A DNA stretch of 63,974 bases, filler included, from Collodictyon triciliatum (Eukaryota): assembly GCA_043381765.1 (NCBI GenBank). It is 10 parts of 10 records of this genome, joined end to end, with 100 filler letters (N's around TTAATTAATTAA, not from the genome) between each part and the next. Parts side by side here need not be neighbours in the genome. Positions count along the whole stretch, not along the records: positions 13,132 to 19,558 come from JBHJMP010004468.1; positions 19,659 to 26,084 come from JBHJMP010004469.1; positions 26,185 to 32,606 come from JBHJMP010004470.1; 7 more parts are not named here. One strand, 5' to 3'. Below the pieces are notes generated by a model, which worked only from the letters and a program-made list of their open reading frames with translations, had not been told where the DNA came from and searched no databases. Position numbers and translations under genes: made by a program. Shown piece by piece: positions 13,188 to 26,618 of this stretch. Each line of letters begins with the position of its first letter. Position 1 is the first letter of the stretch.

Positions 13188-13270
13188 GCGGCTCTTTGTT
13201 GTTCTAGTTTTTGGGGGGGGGGGGGGGGGGGGGGGGGGATTTTCATCTTTTTTTTTGTTTTTGTTTTCAC

Positions 13271-16200
13271 CTTTCCTATAGAAACTTGTATGCATTTATC
13301 GTCCGTTTTGTGGACTTCGGGGACATCAACACAAGGGGTCGATGTGGGATCATCTGATTTTGGCTCTGAATTGTGGGGTAATGAATCTCCAATCCTTGAA
13401 TCTTGATCTGAATCTGGGCCAACTGGATTCTCAGTAGCAAGAATATTCATGTCTTCTTCTAGTGTAGACGTATCAATGCTGACAGATCGAAAATCAGGTT
13501 TCGTAGGCAAGACCGAAATAACGTTGTTGGCAAGATTTCTCGTATCTCTCAACCTTGCTGTTAGGGAGAACATGTCTGTTGCGTTTGTGTCCAGTGTTTC
13601 CATATAATGAACTTGTTCCTCAACTGATAGTGATTGGTTCTTTTGAAAAAGAAAAAACAAGCGGGGGAGGGGAAGGGGAAATGGTATTATGATTCTTGAG
13701 CTTATTATCAAAAGAAAAATCACTGAATACTTTTAAATAAAACCAATCATGAAGAAAGTAGAATAAACTTTTATCGAGGAACATGGTATGAAGAAAGCCA
13801 AATTATCACAAGATAGGCTTTCGGTGGTGGGTCAAGGAGTCATCAAGACAGAAAAACTAAAGACTTACTTCAAATAGTAGCAAGCTCTCATGTAAACTCT
13901 TAATCGATCGCTGACATCCTTTTATTATTTCACTTACTGATTCCCAATCATTCTCATCCATAGATGAATCTTGTTGAGATTTCACTTTTTGTTTCAGTGA
14001 CTTAATTCTTTCTTCATCATTAAGGCTTCTAAATCAATTTACAGTGTATGTAATTATATATTCATTATCCCTCGTAAACTACAATGTCATTAACTAATTC
14101 ACCGATAATGGTTATAAATAATATCAATATATAATTGATATTAAGCACATATTGATATCGATAGATAAATAAATATATAAGCATTTAGTATGTAAAATCT
14201 TAAAATGATCAAATAAGATATCAAATGGCATGCAGGAGAGAGAGAGGAAAAAGGCAACATTAACAGATATACTGTAAATAAGATATTAAAAAAAAAAACT
14301 AACTGGTGTTTGGCTTGTAAGTTGTAAAAGGCCTTCAAATCGGCAAGGTCACGAGCACGCAAGGCTTCAGAGTCATCGGAATCACTTTCCTGTGAAGATT
14401 CGTAAATCACTTCCCAACCACCCACTCTCCCTCCAGAAGAAACATCGTCTTCTTCTTCTTCTTCCTCAAAATCATCCATCGCGTTATCTTCCATTTCCAG
14501 GGATGAAAGGGACTTGTTTTTGTCACCATCAAACTTTTCTCCGATGCCCGAAAAGGATCCCATGCTTGTGGTTCTTTTTCTAGATCTGCTTTCTCTCCTA
14601 GGCTGGTATTGACAAATGGAGAACATTTATGAGAAAATGTTTGAAGAGAAGGCTTCTTAAATGTTTTTTTTTTAAAAAAAAGCATATAGTTGTTTGTATG
14701 GAATTAATCATATATATACTCGAGAGGATGTGTCCCCGCCATTGAAATCCTGTGATGAAGAATTAATTTTGGTCCTAATAAAGAGGTTTTCAGGCATATA
14801 ATAAGATTGGTGCGTTTTTTTTTTTTGGATTTTTTTTTTGTTTTAGAAAAGAAGGATAGCAAAATGTGTTTTGAACATTCAACAAGAAACATCGGTTTTA
14901 TAAAAGCATTTGAATAAGATTGGTATTCTACTTAAGAACTTCAATTTCTCTCTTCAGTCGTTGGTAATCAGCGGTAAGGAGTGACCAAAGCTCACAGATA
15001 CGTGAATGGATGATCTCTAAAAGAATCCCCCGCTCAGAGCATGAATGGTAAACCTATAATTGCGTGTTTCTATTTCAATTTGCTATTATATATTCAGGGG
15101 TGGGCGTGGGCGTTATTCAGCATAAGGTTTTTTTTTTCTTTCCTTTACTTAATTCAAAACTTTAAAGCACAAGGTCCTTAGTCACATTCAAATTGTACAA
15201 CATACATGTCGGACGACCTCAGACATAATTAAGTCCCAAATTCTAAATTCTGGGAAAAGGAATGATTCCAAAACACCAGCAAATGTATGGGAATCTTTAT
15301 TTTCTGGACAGGAATCCCATAAACTGGATTGATTGTTTGTTTGTTTTTTTAAGTTATATTCATTTTCCATCAATTAACTATACTATGATATAATAATATT
15401 CAAAATAGAAAGAACTTTGAATAAAAATGAAGAGAATGAATATCTATAACACTAAGTAATACAAAAAACCAATCTATTGGGTGTGTTGCCTTGATAGCTT
15501 CTTCATTTGCTCTTTCTGAAATTCCCCTAAAATGACGTCAGCAGCGTGACAAAGATGAACAACTTCAGAGCGGGTGTTAGGAGAAGAGCTGGGGAAAAGG
15601 ACCGACTGCCAGACATGGTTTCTCCGGTCGTAAGTGACCTATCATGATAGAATATTATATATTCACAAATATCAGTTTTTTGATCAATCAAATATATAGA
15701 GATAACGTTATTAAAGAGTCACATATGATTTTGTCATTACAAAAATAAGGGAGACGAAGAAAAACCGAAGGCATCTATAAAATAACATTAAAGAACATAA
15801 ATGAATAAACCGACATCATCTGCCTGTGCTTCGTACACAACCGGTGTTGACTTATGTAAATGAAGTCTCTGTGGGATTCTTGACACGGGTGCGCCAATCT
15901 GATTTGCATTTCTATTTCAAGAAGATGACCGACATTTAGAAGAGAATGACAACGTGAAAGAGAAAAAGACAAAAAGAGAAAAGAAAAAGAAAAAGGAGAG
16001 AAGGAGAGAAGGAGAGAAGGAGAGAAGGAGAGAAGGAGAGAAGGAGAGAAGGAGAGAAGGAGAGAAGGAGAGAAGGAGAGAAGGAGAGAAGGAGAGAAGA
16101 AGAGAAAGAAAAAGGAGAGAAGAAGAGAAGGAGAGAAGAAGAGAAAGAAAAAGGAGAGAAGAAGAGAAAGAAAAAGGAGAAGAGAAGGAGAGAAGAGAGA

Positions 16201-16883
16201 GAAGAGAGAGAGAAGAGAGAGAAGAGAGAGAAGAGAGAGAGAAAGAGAGAAAGAGAGAGAAGAGAGAGAGAAGGAGAGAAAGAGAGAAAGAAAAAGGAGC
16301 TTCATTACGTTGTTACAAACGCCTCCAAGCCCGCTTGGAGCTTAGCCGGATCCTTCTTGCAATCGTCGATCCAGGAGACAGAGAGCCTGCGCTGCGCAGA
16401 CCCAAGCGAGGTAGGAATCCAAGCCAGATCCAAACGCGGCTGCCGCGGAACCCGAAAAGGCAGCTGTGTTTGCACGGGCACTTTGGCCTGACTTTTCTCA
16501 TGACCATGGCCGTGAGACTGAGACTGAGACTGAGACTGGGACTGAGACTGAGACTGAGACTGGGACTGAGACTGAGACTGAGACTGAGACTGAGACTGAG
16601 ACTGAGACTGAGACTGAGACTGAGACGGAGTCAGCGGTGCCGTGTGGGCGAGCGCCTGCAGAGTGCGCGGTGTGCGCGGGGCACGCGGAGTGACTCGCAC
16701 CGTTTGCTTCTCGGCCACGCTTCGCGCAAGAGGCGGACGTGGTGTCAGCGCGTGGGGCGATCGGCCCGAGCCCGAGGAGGGCAGCCCCGGCAGGTGCGGC
16801 AGGAGCGAGACGCCCTTGGAAAAGCCCACCCGCGGCATGGTGCTTGGCCGGCGGCTGCCTGCGTCTGCGATCCCCTGATCCAT
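13271..16883 (-). CDS. Axonemal dynein light chain domain protein (AXDND1/DNALI1-like) with an N-terminal (SQ)n tract; 3'-truncated
   Basis: Spliced exons give LFPSSSPNTRSEVVHL...IWDLIMSEVVRH|VYHSCSERGILLEIIHSR, matching the ELIRQV..C.ERG.LL signature of Ax_dynein_light. The model needs one GC-AG intron. Confidence 0.7.
15119..15175 (-). mobile_element. Decayed ultra-short retroposon copy in an intron
   Basis: T-tract plus TTTCCTTTACTTAATTCAAA (17/20 match to the family end), flanked by AGCATAAGGT and AGCACAAGGT. Confidence 0.5.
15957..16298. repeat. Intronic (GAGAAG/GGAGAA)n purine repeat
   Basis: Direct reading. Confidence 0.9.
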
Positions 16884-17160
16884 GGGCCCGGCTGCTTGTC
16901 TGCTTGTCTGCGCAGGGCGAGTGAGGTTGGGAACTGTGCGGCCCTGTGTTTGATTCTTGAGCGTGCGGTGTTGATTTTTAGCCCCTCTGATTCTTTTCTT
17001 TCGCACCCCCTTTTCCTTCCTTTTACTCTTAATCTTTTTATCTTTATTTTTTTAGTTATTCTATGTAAACGTAATTGACATTCGATCGCTGTGCACGAAA
17101 TTGGTTTCGTATTAAAAAGGGGGGACGGATGGGAATGGATCAACGCATGCGGGGTTTTAT

Positions 17161-19525
17161 TTAGTCATCTCCGTCGGGGGCTCCCTGGGGTGGGGCTTTT
17201 GGTCCGCCGGCTGGCTTGCTCATGATAATCTGGGCATGAATGCGCGGGGGTAAATATGTGTGTATGTGTGTGGCCTCTGGTCGATTCTGGGCTCACCTGG
17301 TTGACGCGAAGGATGGTGGTGGCCGCGTCTGTGGCAAGGCGCAGGGCAGACATCTTGATGGCCAGGTGGTCCATGATTCCAGCCTCCTGCGTAGAGACTG
17401 TGTCTCCGTCTCCCTGTGTATAATATTTCGATTGCTGAGAGGATGGTGGCATTCGATCTCATTTGATTTCATTCGATTCTTCTTCGTCGTATCCAGACAC
17501 CATGACAGGAAATGAGGTTGTGTCCCATACGTCAATGTTGACACCCTTGGCGGTTTCTCCTGCAGAGTGCGCGGCGTAAAGGCTGGAGATGACGTCGGTG
17601 GCGGTGAGGCCGGCGTTCTCAGCGAGGGTGCGGGGGACAACCTCGAAGGACTCGGCGTATTTGCGGATGGCGTACTGCTCCAGGCCGGGTGTGCTATCTG
17701 CAATCGACGAGAGGCGGCGAGCAATCTCGATTTCAAAGGCACCAGCACCAGGCACAAATGTTCCGTCGCGGGCGATTTGCTTCACCAGGTTGACTCCGTC
17801 GTCTGCGCAGGAAGGCATCAGCGATGGGTTTTGTGTTGGTGAAGATATCAAGTCATATGTGAGAAATAAAGTGCTATTCATTTCTATACCCGCGAAGTGG
17901 GTGGAGTGAAATAAAAGTAACACTTCCAGCGAGAGAAACGCTTACCAATTGCTCGTTCGACGTCATCCAGCAAATTCATTGTGCTACCACGTAAAACAAT
18001 TGTTGACACCTTTTTTTAATTTCATTCATTATGAGAAGAAAGTGACATTAGCAAATAAGGTTGTTGCAGGAACTGGTTGTGCGATGGATAGAATATCTTT
18101 TTTCTCAGTTTTTGATCTGGCTTGCAGACCTGACTATCCTCTTTCTCCTGTCTGAAGACGGTAACCTTCGTGCTTGCAATTTCACGGACAGATACTTCGT
18201 CACACTCTCCAACTTCTTCAGGTGTGGGTGCTCCCTATGGCGTGGAATGAATGATGATAAGGATAGCTGGTGGGTTTGACGAGCACGTCGTATTTACAAA
18301 CATGATAAGATTATCGGATTTGACTTTTACTTTTTAAATTAACTTTGCGGTATTTGGTTGAAATGGATAATAGTTACTTACTACTCGAACAAGGGGAATG
18401 GCACCGACGGTTTTGCAGATGCGTCGCAGATCGAATTTCGAGGGAACTTTGAGGACGAGGATTTTATTTCGCTCAAAGAAGTGCATTGCGAGGTCGCTGA
18501 TGGTAGAGCCACATACGACAACATTGACACCGGATTGACCAATACTGTTGATATTCTATGAAGGAGGATGTAAATAATGAAAGGTGGTTAATCATATAAT
18601 TCAAATGGTTGAAAACAGACTCAATTTTGGGTTCTATATTCATATATACATATATATACAATCTATGACATATATCGCAAAATTGTTGCTTTCGGAGCCA
18701 TACCCTCTCTAGAATTTGCTCTTCACCAATACTGTACTGCTCGAGTTCTTTCCCACTTTTGAGAAGAACAACTCCCTTTGTCTCTGTAGCTGCGATGTCA
18801 ATTTGGCAGGTGAAGACAGCAACTTTTGCGTTTGCGACACGTTTGATTGTTCCTAGCGATTATGATTTTGTTATGTCATAATAATCAAGTATGTACAAGC
18901 CATATACTTATTCATAAAATATTTAAGTAAATATGGAACAGGACGTCCTTTTGATAGAATAGTCACCTTCGACATCACGAAGAATTGCAAATCCCTTGAC
19001 AACATAGCTGTCACCCAGACCAGATCCAGGAATCTTAGCAACACGAACGTTGTCCACGTTGAAGTTTTTGACGTTCTTCGGCATGACTAGAAGGGCAGCC
19101 TAATGACGACGTCGGAGTTAAGGTTCATTTCAGGAATTTGTACCCAAAAGAAAAGAGAAAGTTAACATTTAAATGCTGTCATGTCAAACGAAACGTAAAT
19201 ATATATATATAAAAAAAGCTAGGTTGTCATAAATTAGATAGAAAAGCTTAATACATACCTCGGTCACCAAGCGGGCAAGAGTGTCCTCACGGCCGTAGAG
19301 TTTTGCTGCAAGTGCAGTTTTGATTCCTCTGCGAAGGGCAGCCTCATCACGGACAGACTCGATATTCTCGAAGCCAAGCTCAGGGGCAATCTTGAGGACT
19401 TGCTCCCAAGCCTTGTTATATCCAGCAATAATTTCACTGGGATGAAGGCCGGTCTTGAGAAGAGCTTCAGCTTGTTCAAGGAGCTCGCCAGCAAAGACCA
19501 CGACGAGATTGGTGGCATCACCCAT
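17161..19525 (-). CDS. CCT8: Chaperonin CCT subunit theta, 5'-truncated
   Basis: Spliced exons: MGDATNLVVVFAGELLEQAE, NFNVDNVRVAKI, KVPSKFDLRRICK, VPGAGAFEIE, GLEQYAIRKYAESFE, TILRVNQIIMSKPAGGPK. Confidence 0.96.
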
Positions 19526-19658
19526 CTGTATGAATGTGTACATTTGTCCATCATTTAANNNNNNNNNNNNNNNNNNNNNNNNNNNNNNNNNNNNNNNNNN
19601 NNTTAATTAATTAANNNNNNNNNNNNNNNNNNNNNNNNNNNNNNNNNNNNNNNNNNNN

Positions 19659-19803
19659 AAGGAGCAAGAGCCAAGGAACAAGAGCCAAGGAACAAGAGCC
19701 AAGGAACAAGAGCCAAGGAACAAGAGCCAAGGAACAAGAGCCAAGGAACAAGAGCCAAGAAACAAGAGCCAAGAAACAAGAGCCAAGGAGCAAGAGCCAA
19801 GGA
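19659..19803. repeat. 14-bp minisatellite (CCAAGGAACAAGAG)n
   Basis: About 10 tandem units at a contig start. Confidence 0.9.
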
Positions 19804-19948
19804 ATAGGGACAAATCAGACAAAGAAGATAGATGTCTCATTCATTCCACCATACTATAAAACTAAGTGACCTCGCATAGAGGCGGTCAAATGCTCGTATA
19901 TAAGAAAAGAGTATTCATTCACGTGTTAAGAGTGGTCAATTTTAAACC

Positions 19949-20120
19949 TTTTCCCTTTCTTCGAATCAAAGTGCAGCGAGGTTATGCCATACATAGGGGC
20001 GAGATATGTGCGCATGGTAGAGAGCAAACGCGAGTAAGAGAAGACACTACTGTGGAGAGGCTAGCACTGGAAACTAATCAGTGATAGTGAGACTATGATC
20101 AAAGTTATTGGGGAGATATC
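19949..20120 (-). mobile_element. 5'-truncated, diverged copy of the retroposon 3' end
   Basis: CAAAGTGCAGCGAGGTTATGCCATACA...GGAGAGGCTAGCACTGGAAA...AATCAGTGATAG is shared with 49818-50077 and with the reverse complement of 62472-62742. No clear TSD. Confidence 0.85.
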
Positions 20121-20210
20121 AGATGTTTATTCATTTCTGTGCGACTGTGCTGCTTCTTGGAAGGTTCTTTTTTCAAGGGTCACGCCTCGACTTTTTTTAT
20201 AATTTTTTTT

Positions 20211-23200
20211 TTACGATATTTCGAGCATTTCCTTGTCAACCTGAGGTGGCTTTCCAAAAAAATTTCGGGCATAGCGCATAAGATGCCTACCTACAATAAA
20301 GTCATAGATTGGATCTAAAATAGACATTACTCTTTCAAGAACCATTCTAACCACCAAAGGTCCTGCTTTTGAGAGGAAAATAAGACCAATCGCCCCATTT
20401 AGAGAGACAACCAAAACGACCAACCCTAATTCGGCTGTCTGACTGAGATTTTCATAGCGAAATAGCAGGCTCAGCATTAATGTAAAGTAAAGGGTTACTA
20501 GTGATTGAATTTGAGATTTCTTTAAGACATTTGACATAAAAGGCTTAAAGTGAATGGTTGAGGCTATCATTAGAAACAAAAGCCACAAGCCAAAGTAAAT
20601 TTGTAATGATGCAGAAAAGAAAACGCCAATCAGCACAACGACAAGTTTCTGCATCATCATAAGAACCTCCCAGTATAAGCATTTCTCGGTGTATCCCTCT
20701 ACCAAAAATGAAAAGATTGAATAAATACTTGATGCTGGGTCTTGCAAAGTATTTCTCTCTATGACTATTTTGATAAAAATGAGTAAAGGTCCGCCGATGC
20801 AATAAAATATCAAAAAGACCAAGGATATATTTCTCCAAAACAGATATGTCTCATCGTCGCATGATATTGACATGTCTTCCTTGAGATAGCTTTCATCTCC
20901 AAGTGTTTCGCATACAAAAATGGAAGAAATAGTAGAGGTGATAGAGGGATGAATAAAGAACAAAACGACTAATATGGACCGGATAATTTCTTGTCGGATC
21001 CGGACATATGTGATATCACTTTTTGAAATCTCATTTGTGCGAACTAACCATATTTTTTTCAGGAAGAGTGCAAAGATCACCACACATATTAGGAAAAGTG
21101 GGGTCAAAATGGAAGAGAGGATTTTTTCATATACACTCATGTCGAATTCACATTCTAAGGGGTAGCTATCTACAGATAATGAAAAAGATAGCAAGGCCGG
21201 AACTTTCATCACTGATATCATATTCGCACCCCAATTTACATCAAAATTAGCCAAAGATGATAGGACCTGATAATGAGTTGATAGGGACTTAAGTATTTGA
21301 ATGTTCCCGGTCTTAGAATGCTCAGACTGCTCTATCATGAAAAAGACAAAAGCCAAAGGAACCAAAACGATTAAAACCACTAAAAAAGTATTCGTTCCCT
21401 TTGAACTACACTTCAAACAGAGGTTTCCAGCTTTTCCATAATCTTCTTCACAGGTACTGCACAACGCACCTTTGTAGCCTTCAGCACAAGTATTGTTTCC
21501 ACCAGTACATGCTTCTTTGTTAAAGCATTTGTAAGCGACATAATTGCCGTCTGTACTTGGAGCCTGCCAATATCCAGGGATGACATACAGTTGACTACTC
21601 CCGTCGCATATAAAGCCACTTGGACAGTTTTTGCATTTACGGTCTTTTAAATCAAAATATGTGAATGAGAAACATTTGCAATCTTCAACCGATTCTGATC
21701 CTGTTCGATTAGAGAATGAGTTTGTCGGGCATTTTTCACATAATGTCTGCCCATAGGACGGATTAAATGTACCCGGAGCACATTCATAGCATTGGTCACG
21801 ACTAAGGTAAAATCCAGGCTTACATTTGCATTCAGAGTTGGTCAAATTGAATCCACGCATACAAACACAATCCTTTTTTGTGGTCGACCCGTTGTTATGG
21901 GTAGTAAATTTGTCTCCACATGCAATGCAGAAATTGGTATCATAAGAAGATTTGTACGAGCCGTATGGACAAGGAGCACATTTTTGGTTGTCCTCAAAGC
22001 TTCCAGGTTTGCAGGTACATACTCCCTGAAAGGAAACATACGTATCAATACAAAGGCAGCTATTTATATCTACCGAGCCGATACTAGTTGTGTTTGCACG
22101 AGTTGGACACTTATTGCAAATTGGGCTCCTTTCGAGGCTATAGGTCCCAACAGGACATGGCAGGCAAAATGATATGTGTGAAGAGCCGGTATTGTTATTG
22201 AACGTTCCTGCTGGACAGGACACACAGTTTGTTCTATCTTGATTGGAATATGATCCTTTCGGGCATGTAATACAACTCATTATGCTAGTGGCACTGATGT
22301 CGATGTTGTAAGTGCCTGAAGGACATAAAGTGCAGGAAGTTTGCCCGTATTTATCATTATATTTTCCAGGAAAACAACGCTCACAAAGCGATGCACCTTT
22401 TGAATTCGAATAGAAACCCGGTAGACAAGGCACACAACTCGTGTTTGATGCAGCCGCAACTTCAAAATTAGCTGTCCCAGGTATGCAGCTTTCGCATGAA
22501 GTTTGTTCAGATTTAGTTGAATAGGTCCCAGGGGCACACGGTGTTGCAAAATGCTCACCTCTGTTACGAACGAAGTACCCAGGGCTACTTTGAATGCAAC
22601 TCGATTGCCCTTCAATTCCGCTGTAGGTGCCAGGCCCACACTCGATACAAGAAGTGTTAGAAATGGATCTGGTGATTTTGCTAAAAGTTCCTCTGGGACA
22701 CAGAGTGCAATACTCGGAGCCAAACTTATCACTGTAAGACCCCGGTGGGCACTGAATACATGAAGAGTACAGCATGGATGATCTTGTCATTGGGTTGTAC
22801 GTTCCGAGCAAGCATTTTCTGCAAAATGTCTGGCTTGGAAATGGATTGTATGTTCCAACACTACATATGGTGCAATTAGACTCACTAATTGAGCCCTTTG
22901 CATTATTGAAGGTCCCGAAGGGGCAGTCATAACATGAGTAGGCATCCATCGGATTATGGAAAGTTCCCTCCTTGCACACTTTACAAGAGGCTGAGAACCA
23001 ATCGAAATAATGGCCAACATCACACAGACCATACCAAATTCTGTTTTTTGAATGTTCTGCATAAACAATTCTCGGGCCGCTTAAAGAAACTGCAAGGCTC
23101 TTAATCTCTGCATTACCTGTTAGAGTTCGTAATAAACTCCCGTTAGTGATGTCCCATATTCTTACGCTGTAACCTTCGTCTCCTGTTATAATCTTGGAAC

Positions 23201-25835
23201 CATCTGGAGAAACCGCAACGCTCAAGGCCCTTGAAGGCATATCTATGGCAAGTATCGGTTCATCGCTATGAATGCTCCAAACTTTGGTTTCGCCGAAGTA
23301 ACTGATAGACACTATCCTAGAGTCATCAGGGGTTACTACAAGGCTGCTAATCCCATCATATGCATCTCTCCAAACATGTATCAAGGTGCCATTGTAAAAG
23401 TCCCACACTCTAATAGTTTGGTCATCACTACCGGACACAATATATAAGCCGTCATGTGTGGTGGCCACAACATTAACAGCATTTTCGTGACCACTCAATG
23501 TTCGTGTTAAATTTCCGTCTGAAATATTCCATATTCTTATTTTATCATCATAGTGTCCAGATATGATACTGAGACTATCAAGGGTGATGGTTATGCTGAT
23601 GGGGAAAAACCACGAACAATCTAGTATCTGAATCAAGGTGCCATCTGAAAGATTCCAAATTGCAATTGAAGGATCATAGCTGCCAGAAACAATTTTTGAA
23701 CCGTCTGGAGTAACAGCAACGGAAGTGACCCCATACGTATGATTTTTCAAAGTATGAATCAACGCGCCGTCATAAATGCTCCAAATTTTGATGGTGGCAT
23801 CATCACTTCCGGATACAATTTTTGAGTTATCGGGAGTTATTGCAACACAGGTAATGTATGAAGTGTGATCATTAGCAGAAAAAATAAACTGGGTATCTAA
23901 CATGGACCTAAATTTTATTTCAGAATACATGCTCCAGGATACAATTTTTGTCCCGTCCGGGCTAGCAGCAATATTTTTAACCTCATGATCGAATTCAGCA
24001 AAAGTTCGAATCAAAATCCCATCGTAGATATTCCAGATTTTTATTTCACCGTCAGCGCTCCCAGAAACGACCATGGAGCCACCAGCAGAAAGGGTGACAC
24101 TGCATACTTCAGAAGTATGCCCCACCAGAATTTTAATGAGTTCACCTGTTTGGAAATCCCATATTTTTACAGTTTGATCCTCACCTCCAGACACAATTCT
24201 CAATACATCGGGACTTACAACAAGGCTTCTTACGGAATCGGTATGGTTTAATACTTTCCTCGTTTCTTTTCCATCCCGAAGACTTTGAACAATAATCAAT
24301 TTATCTTTACTTCCAGACACAATTCTATGACCATCCGGTGTGACAAATAGGCACCATATTGTATCTGTATGACCTGTTAGCGTCTGATTTAGTTGTCCGT
24401 CTAGCAAATTCCATATTTTAATTGTGCCATCGATGCCTCCAGCCGCAACTATGGAACTATCAGGACTCACAGCAATTGTTTGTATATGATATTCATGATC
24501 CATCAACTCGTGAATAAGTGTTCCATCGGAATAATTCCAAGTAATGATATTGTCGAAGCTTGCGGAGACAATTTTGGAACTATCAGGAGTGAATATAACA
24601 ACATTTATTGTTGTTGTATGCCCTTTCAAAGTCAACTCCAGGGTGCCGTCGAAAACATTCCATAATTTGATGTCATTACGCTCGCTCTGAGTCATAAATT
24701 TTGAACCATTCGAGTCAACATGAACATAAATGACTCCATCTTCGTGGCTGCATATCGTACGAGATAACTTTCCATCATGTAAACCCCAAAACCGCATCGT
24801 ATTATCACTGCTGATTGATATTATTGTGGCATCATCAGGAGTGATGGCTATATCATAGACACTGTCTGTATGGTCTGTCAGTGTTTGTATCAATTGGCCA
24901 TCTGAAAGATTCCAAATTTTGATGGTTTTGTCCCAACTGCTTGACAAAAAAACAGAACTAGATGAAGCGATGAAAACACTTGTTACCACTGCAGCATGGT
25001 CAGTGAGCATCATAATTGCAGTCATTTTTGACAGGTCCCATATAATGATTGTGCAGTCTTCACTTCCTGACACAATTTTAAATCCATCAGAAGTAACAGC
25101 CACTTTGGTTACGCTGCCCGTATGGCCTAAGAGTTCGCCAATGAGCGCATCGTCAGAAAAACTCCAAACTCTTACCACGTTATCGAATCCTCCGGATATA
25201 ATTTTAGAACCGTCAGGGGTAATAGCGACGCTATAAACATCGACTGTAGATCTACTATACTTTCTAATCAAATTGCCATCATAAATATTCCATATCTGGA
25301 TAGAGTTTGATTTTTCACTAAATGAATCACCAGAGACAATTTTGAATCCATCAGCAGATATAGCGAGGGAATTAATTCTAGCAGAAAGAGATGGCAATGA
25401 GAAAATCATAGCACCGTCAGACATATTCCAAAGTTTAATCACTCCTTCCGAATCACCCGACACTAATTTAAAGCCATCAGGGGAGATAGCAACAGCAAAT
25501 ACACGATTAGTATGACCTGCCAGGGTACGAATCAAATTTCCGTCATAGGTGCCCCATATTTTGATCGAAGTGTCATCGCATGCGGCGATAACTTTGGTAC
25601 CATCAGGGGTGATTGCAACAGAGTTGAAATATTCCGTCTTTGTAATAGCGTATGATTGGGCCTCCTGTCCTCTAGATGTCCATATGACTGATAATGTGAC
25701 TATTTTAAAATTAAATGAAATTAAACACGATTGTAATTTTGAGCAATATTAGTGGAAAATTGGAAAAGTGTCTTATATTTTCCTACATATTATCGAGTGC
25801 ATACCAATCACAATTAATGAAAAAAGCAAGTGCAT
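20211..25835 (-). CDS. Large receptor-like membrane protein: signal peptide, about 20-21 WD40 repeats, many Cys-rich (GCC2/ephrin-receptor-like) repeats, about 9 TM helices
   Basis: The 1774-aa ORF extends upstream in frame to an acceptor near 25700. Exon 1 ATG at 25835 gives MHLLFSLIVI|VTLSVIWTSRGQ. C..C..GT[YF] repeats follow; the C-terminal domain has FSFLVEGY..CLYWE, resembling TRP-like (PF06011-type) membrane domains of protist Cys-rich receptors. Confidence 0.9.
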
Positions 25836-26184
25836 TTGGTTAAGTGGGTCCTACGTTGGAATTACAATTGTAAGCAACATATTTCTGATATAATATATTT
25901 CTCTTAATTTTTTGGCCAAAAAAAAGGTCGAAATCCTTCGAGCAATCTCATCTGGTTCATATTTGCTCATGATGTACAATTTCTACTCTTTCATTTATGC
26001 TGTTTAGATTGACATGATATTTTTGGTAAGATTGAAGCATGCAAAAAAAAAAGAAAAAAAGAAAAAAAGAAAAAAAGAAAAAAANNNNNNNNNNNNNNNN
26101 NNNNNNNNNNNNNNNNNNNNNNNNNNNNTTAATTAATTAANNNNNNNNNNNNNNNNNNNNNNNNNNNNNNNNNNNNNNNNNNNN

Positions 26185-26377
26185 GTCCCTGGTGACGTCT
26201 TGCTTGCTTTGGAGTTGGATACTGATGAAGCAGTACATATGTGTATGCACTTTTTTTAACATCCTTTGAACACTCACATGCATGTGACTTTGAATTACCC
26301 CATGTTATTCCCTTCGCATTCACAGAGTATGCCTATATATACCGATTACATCCAATGTTCTCGATTATGTGTTGTTG

Positions 26378-26392
<15 letters not shown>
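26185..26392 (+). repeat. Near-identical duplicate of 28589-28793 (exon end plus intron of the GRAM-ELMO gene)
   Basis: About 205 nt align directly with a handful of substitutions. Confidence 0.9.
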
Positions 26393-26412
<20 letters not shown>

Positions 26413-26413
26413 G

Positions 26414-26453
<40 letters not shown>

Positions 26454-26618
26454 AATACCCGAAGGAAGATAAAAAAAATAGGAGGCAAATGAATACAAAC
26501 AATAAACCTTTTTCCTTTTGTCCTTATATTGTTAATGGATTAGATATATTTATTATAGCATTTTATTATAAACTTATATAAAGAAAGCGCAGTTGATGGG
26601 GACAACGCTGTGTCATCT

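Noticed and set aside
15470-15490. In-frame TAG suggesting stop-codon reassignment
   Set aside because: Other genes end normally in TAG, TAA or TGA and their exons lack internal stops; a GC donor explains it.
15775-17078. Long low-complexity ORFs (poly-F, K/E/R, I, N, Y), here and across the window
   Set aside because: Translations of intronic or intergenic microsatellites and N gaps.
19659-19803. CRISPR-like array
   Set aside because: Head-to-tail 14-mers with no unique spacers, in a eukaryotic context.
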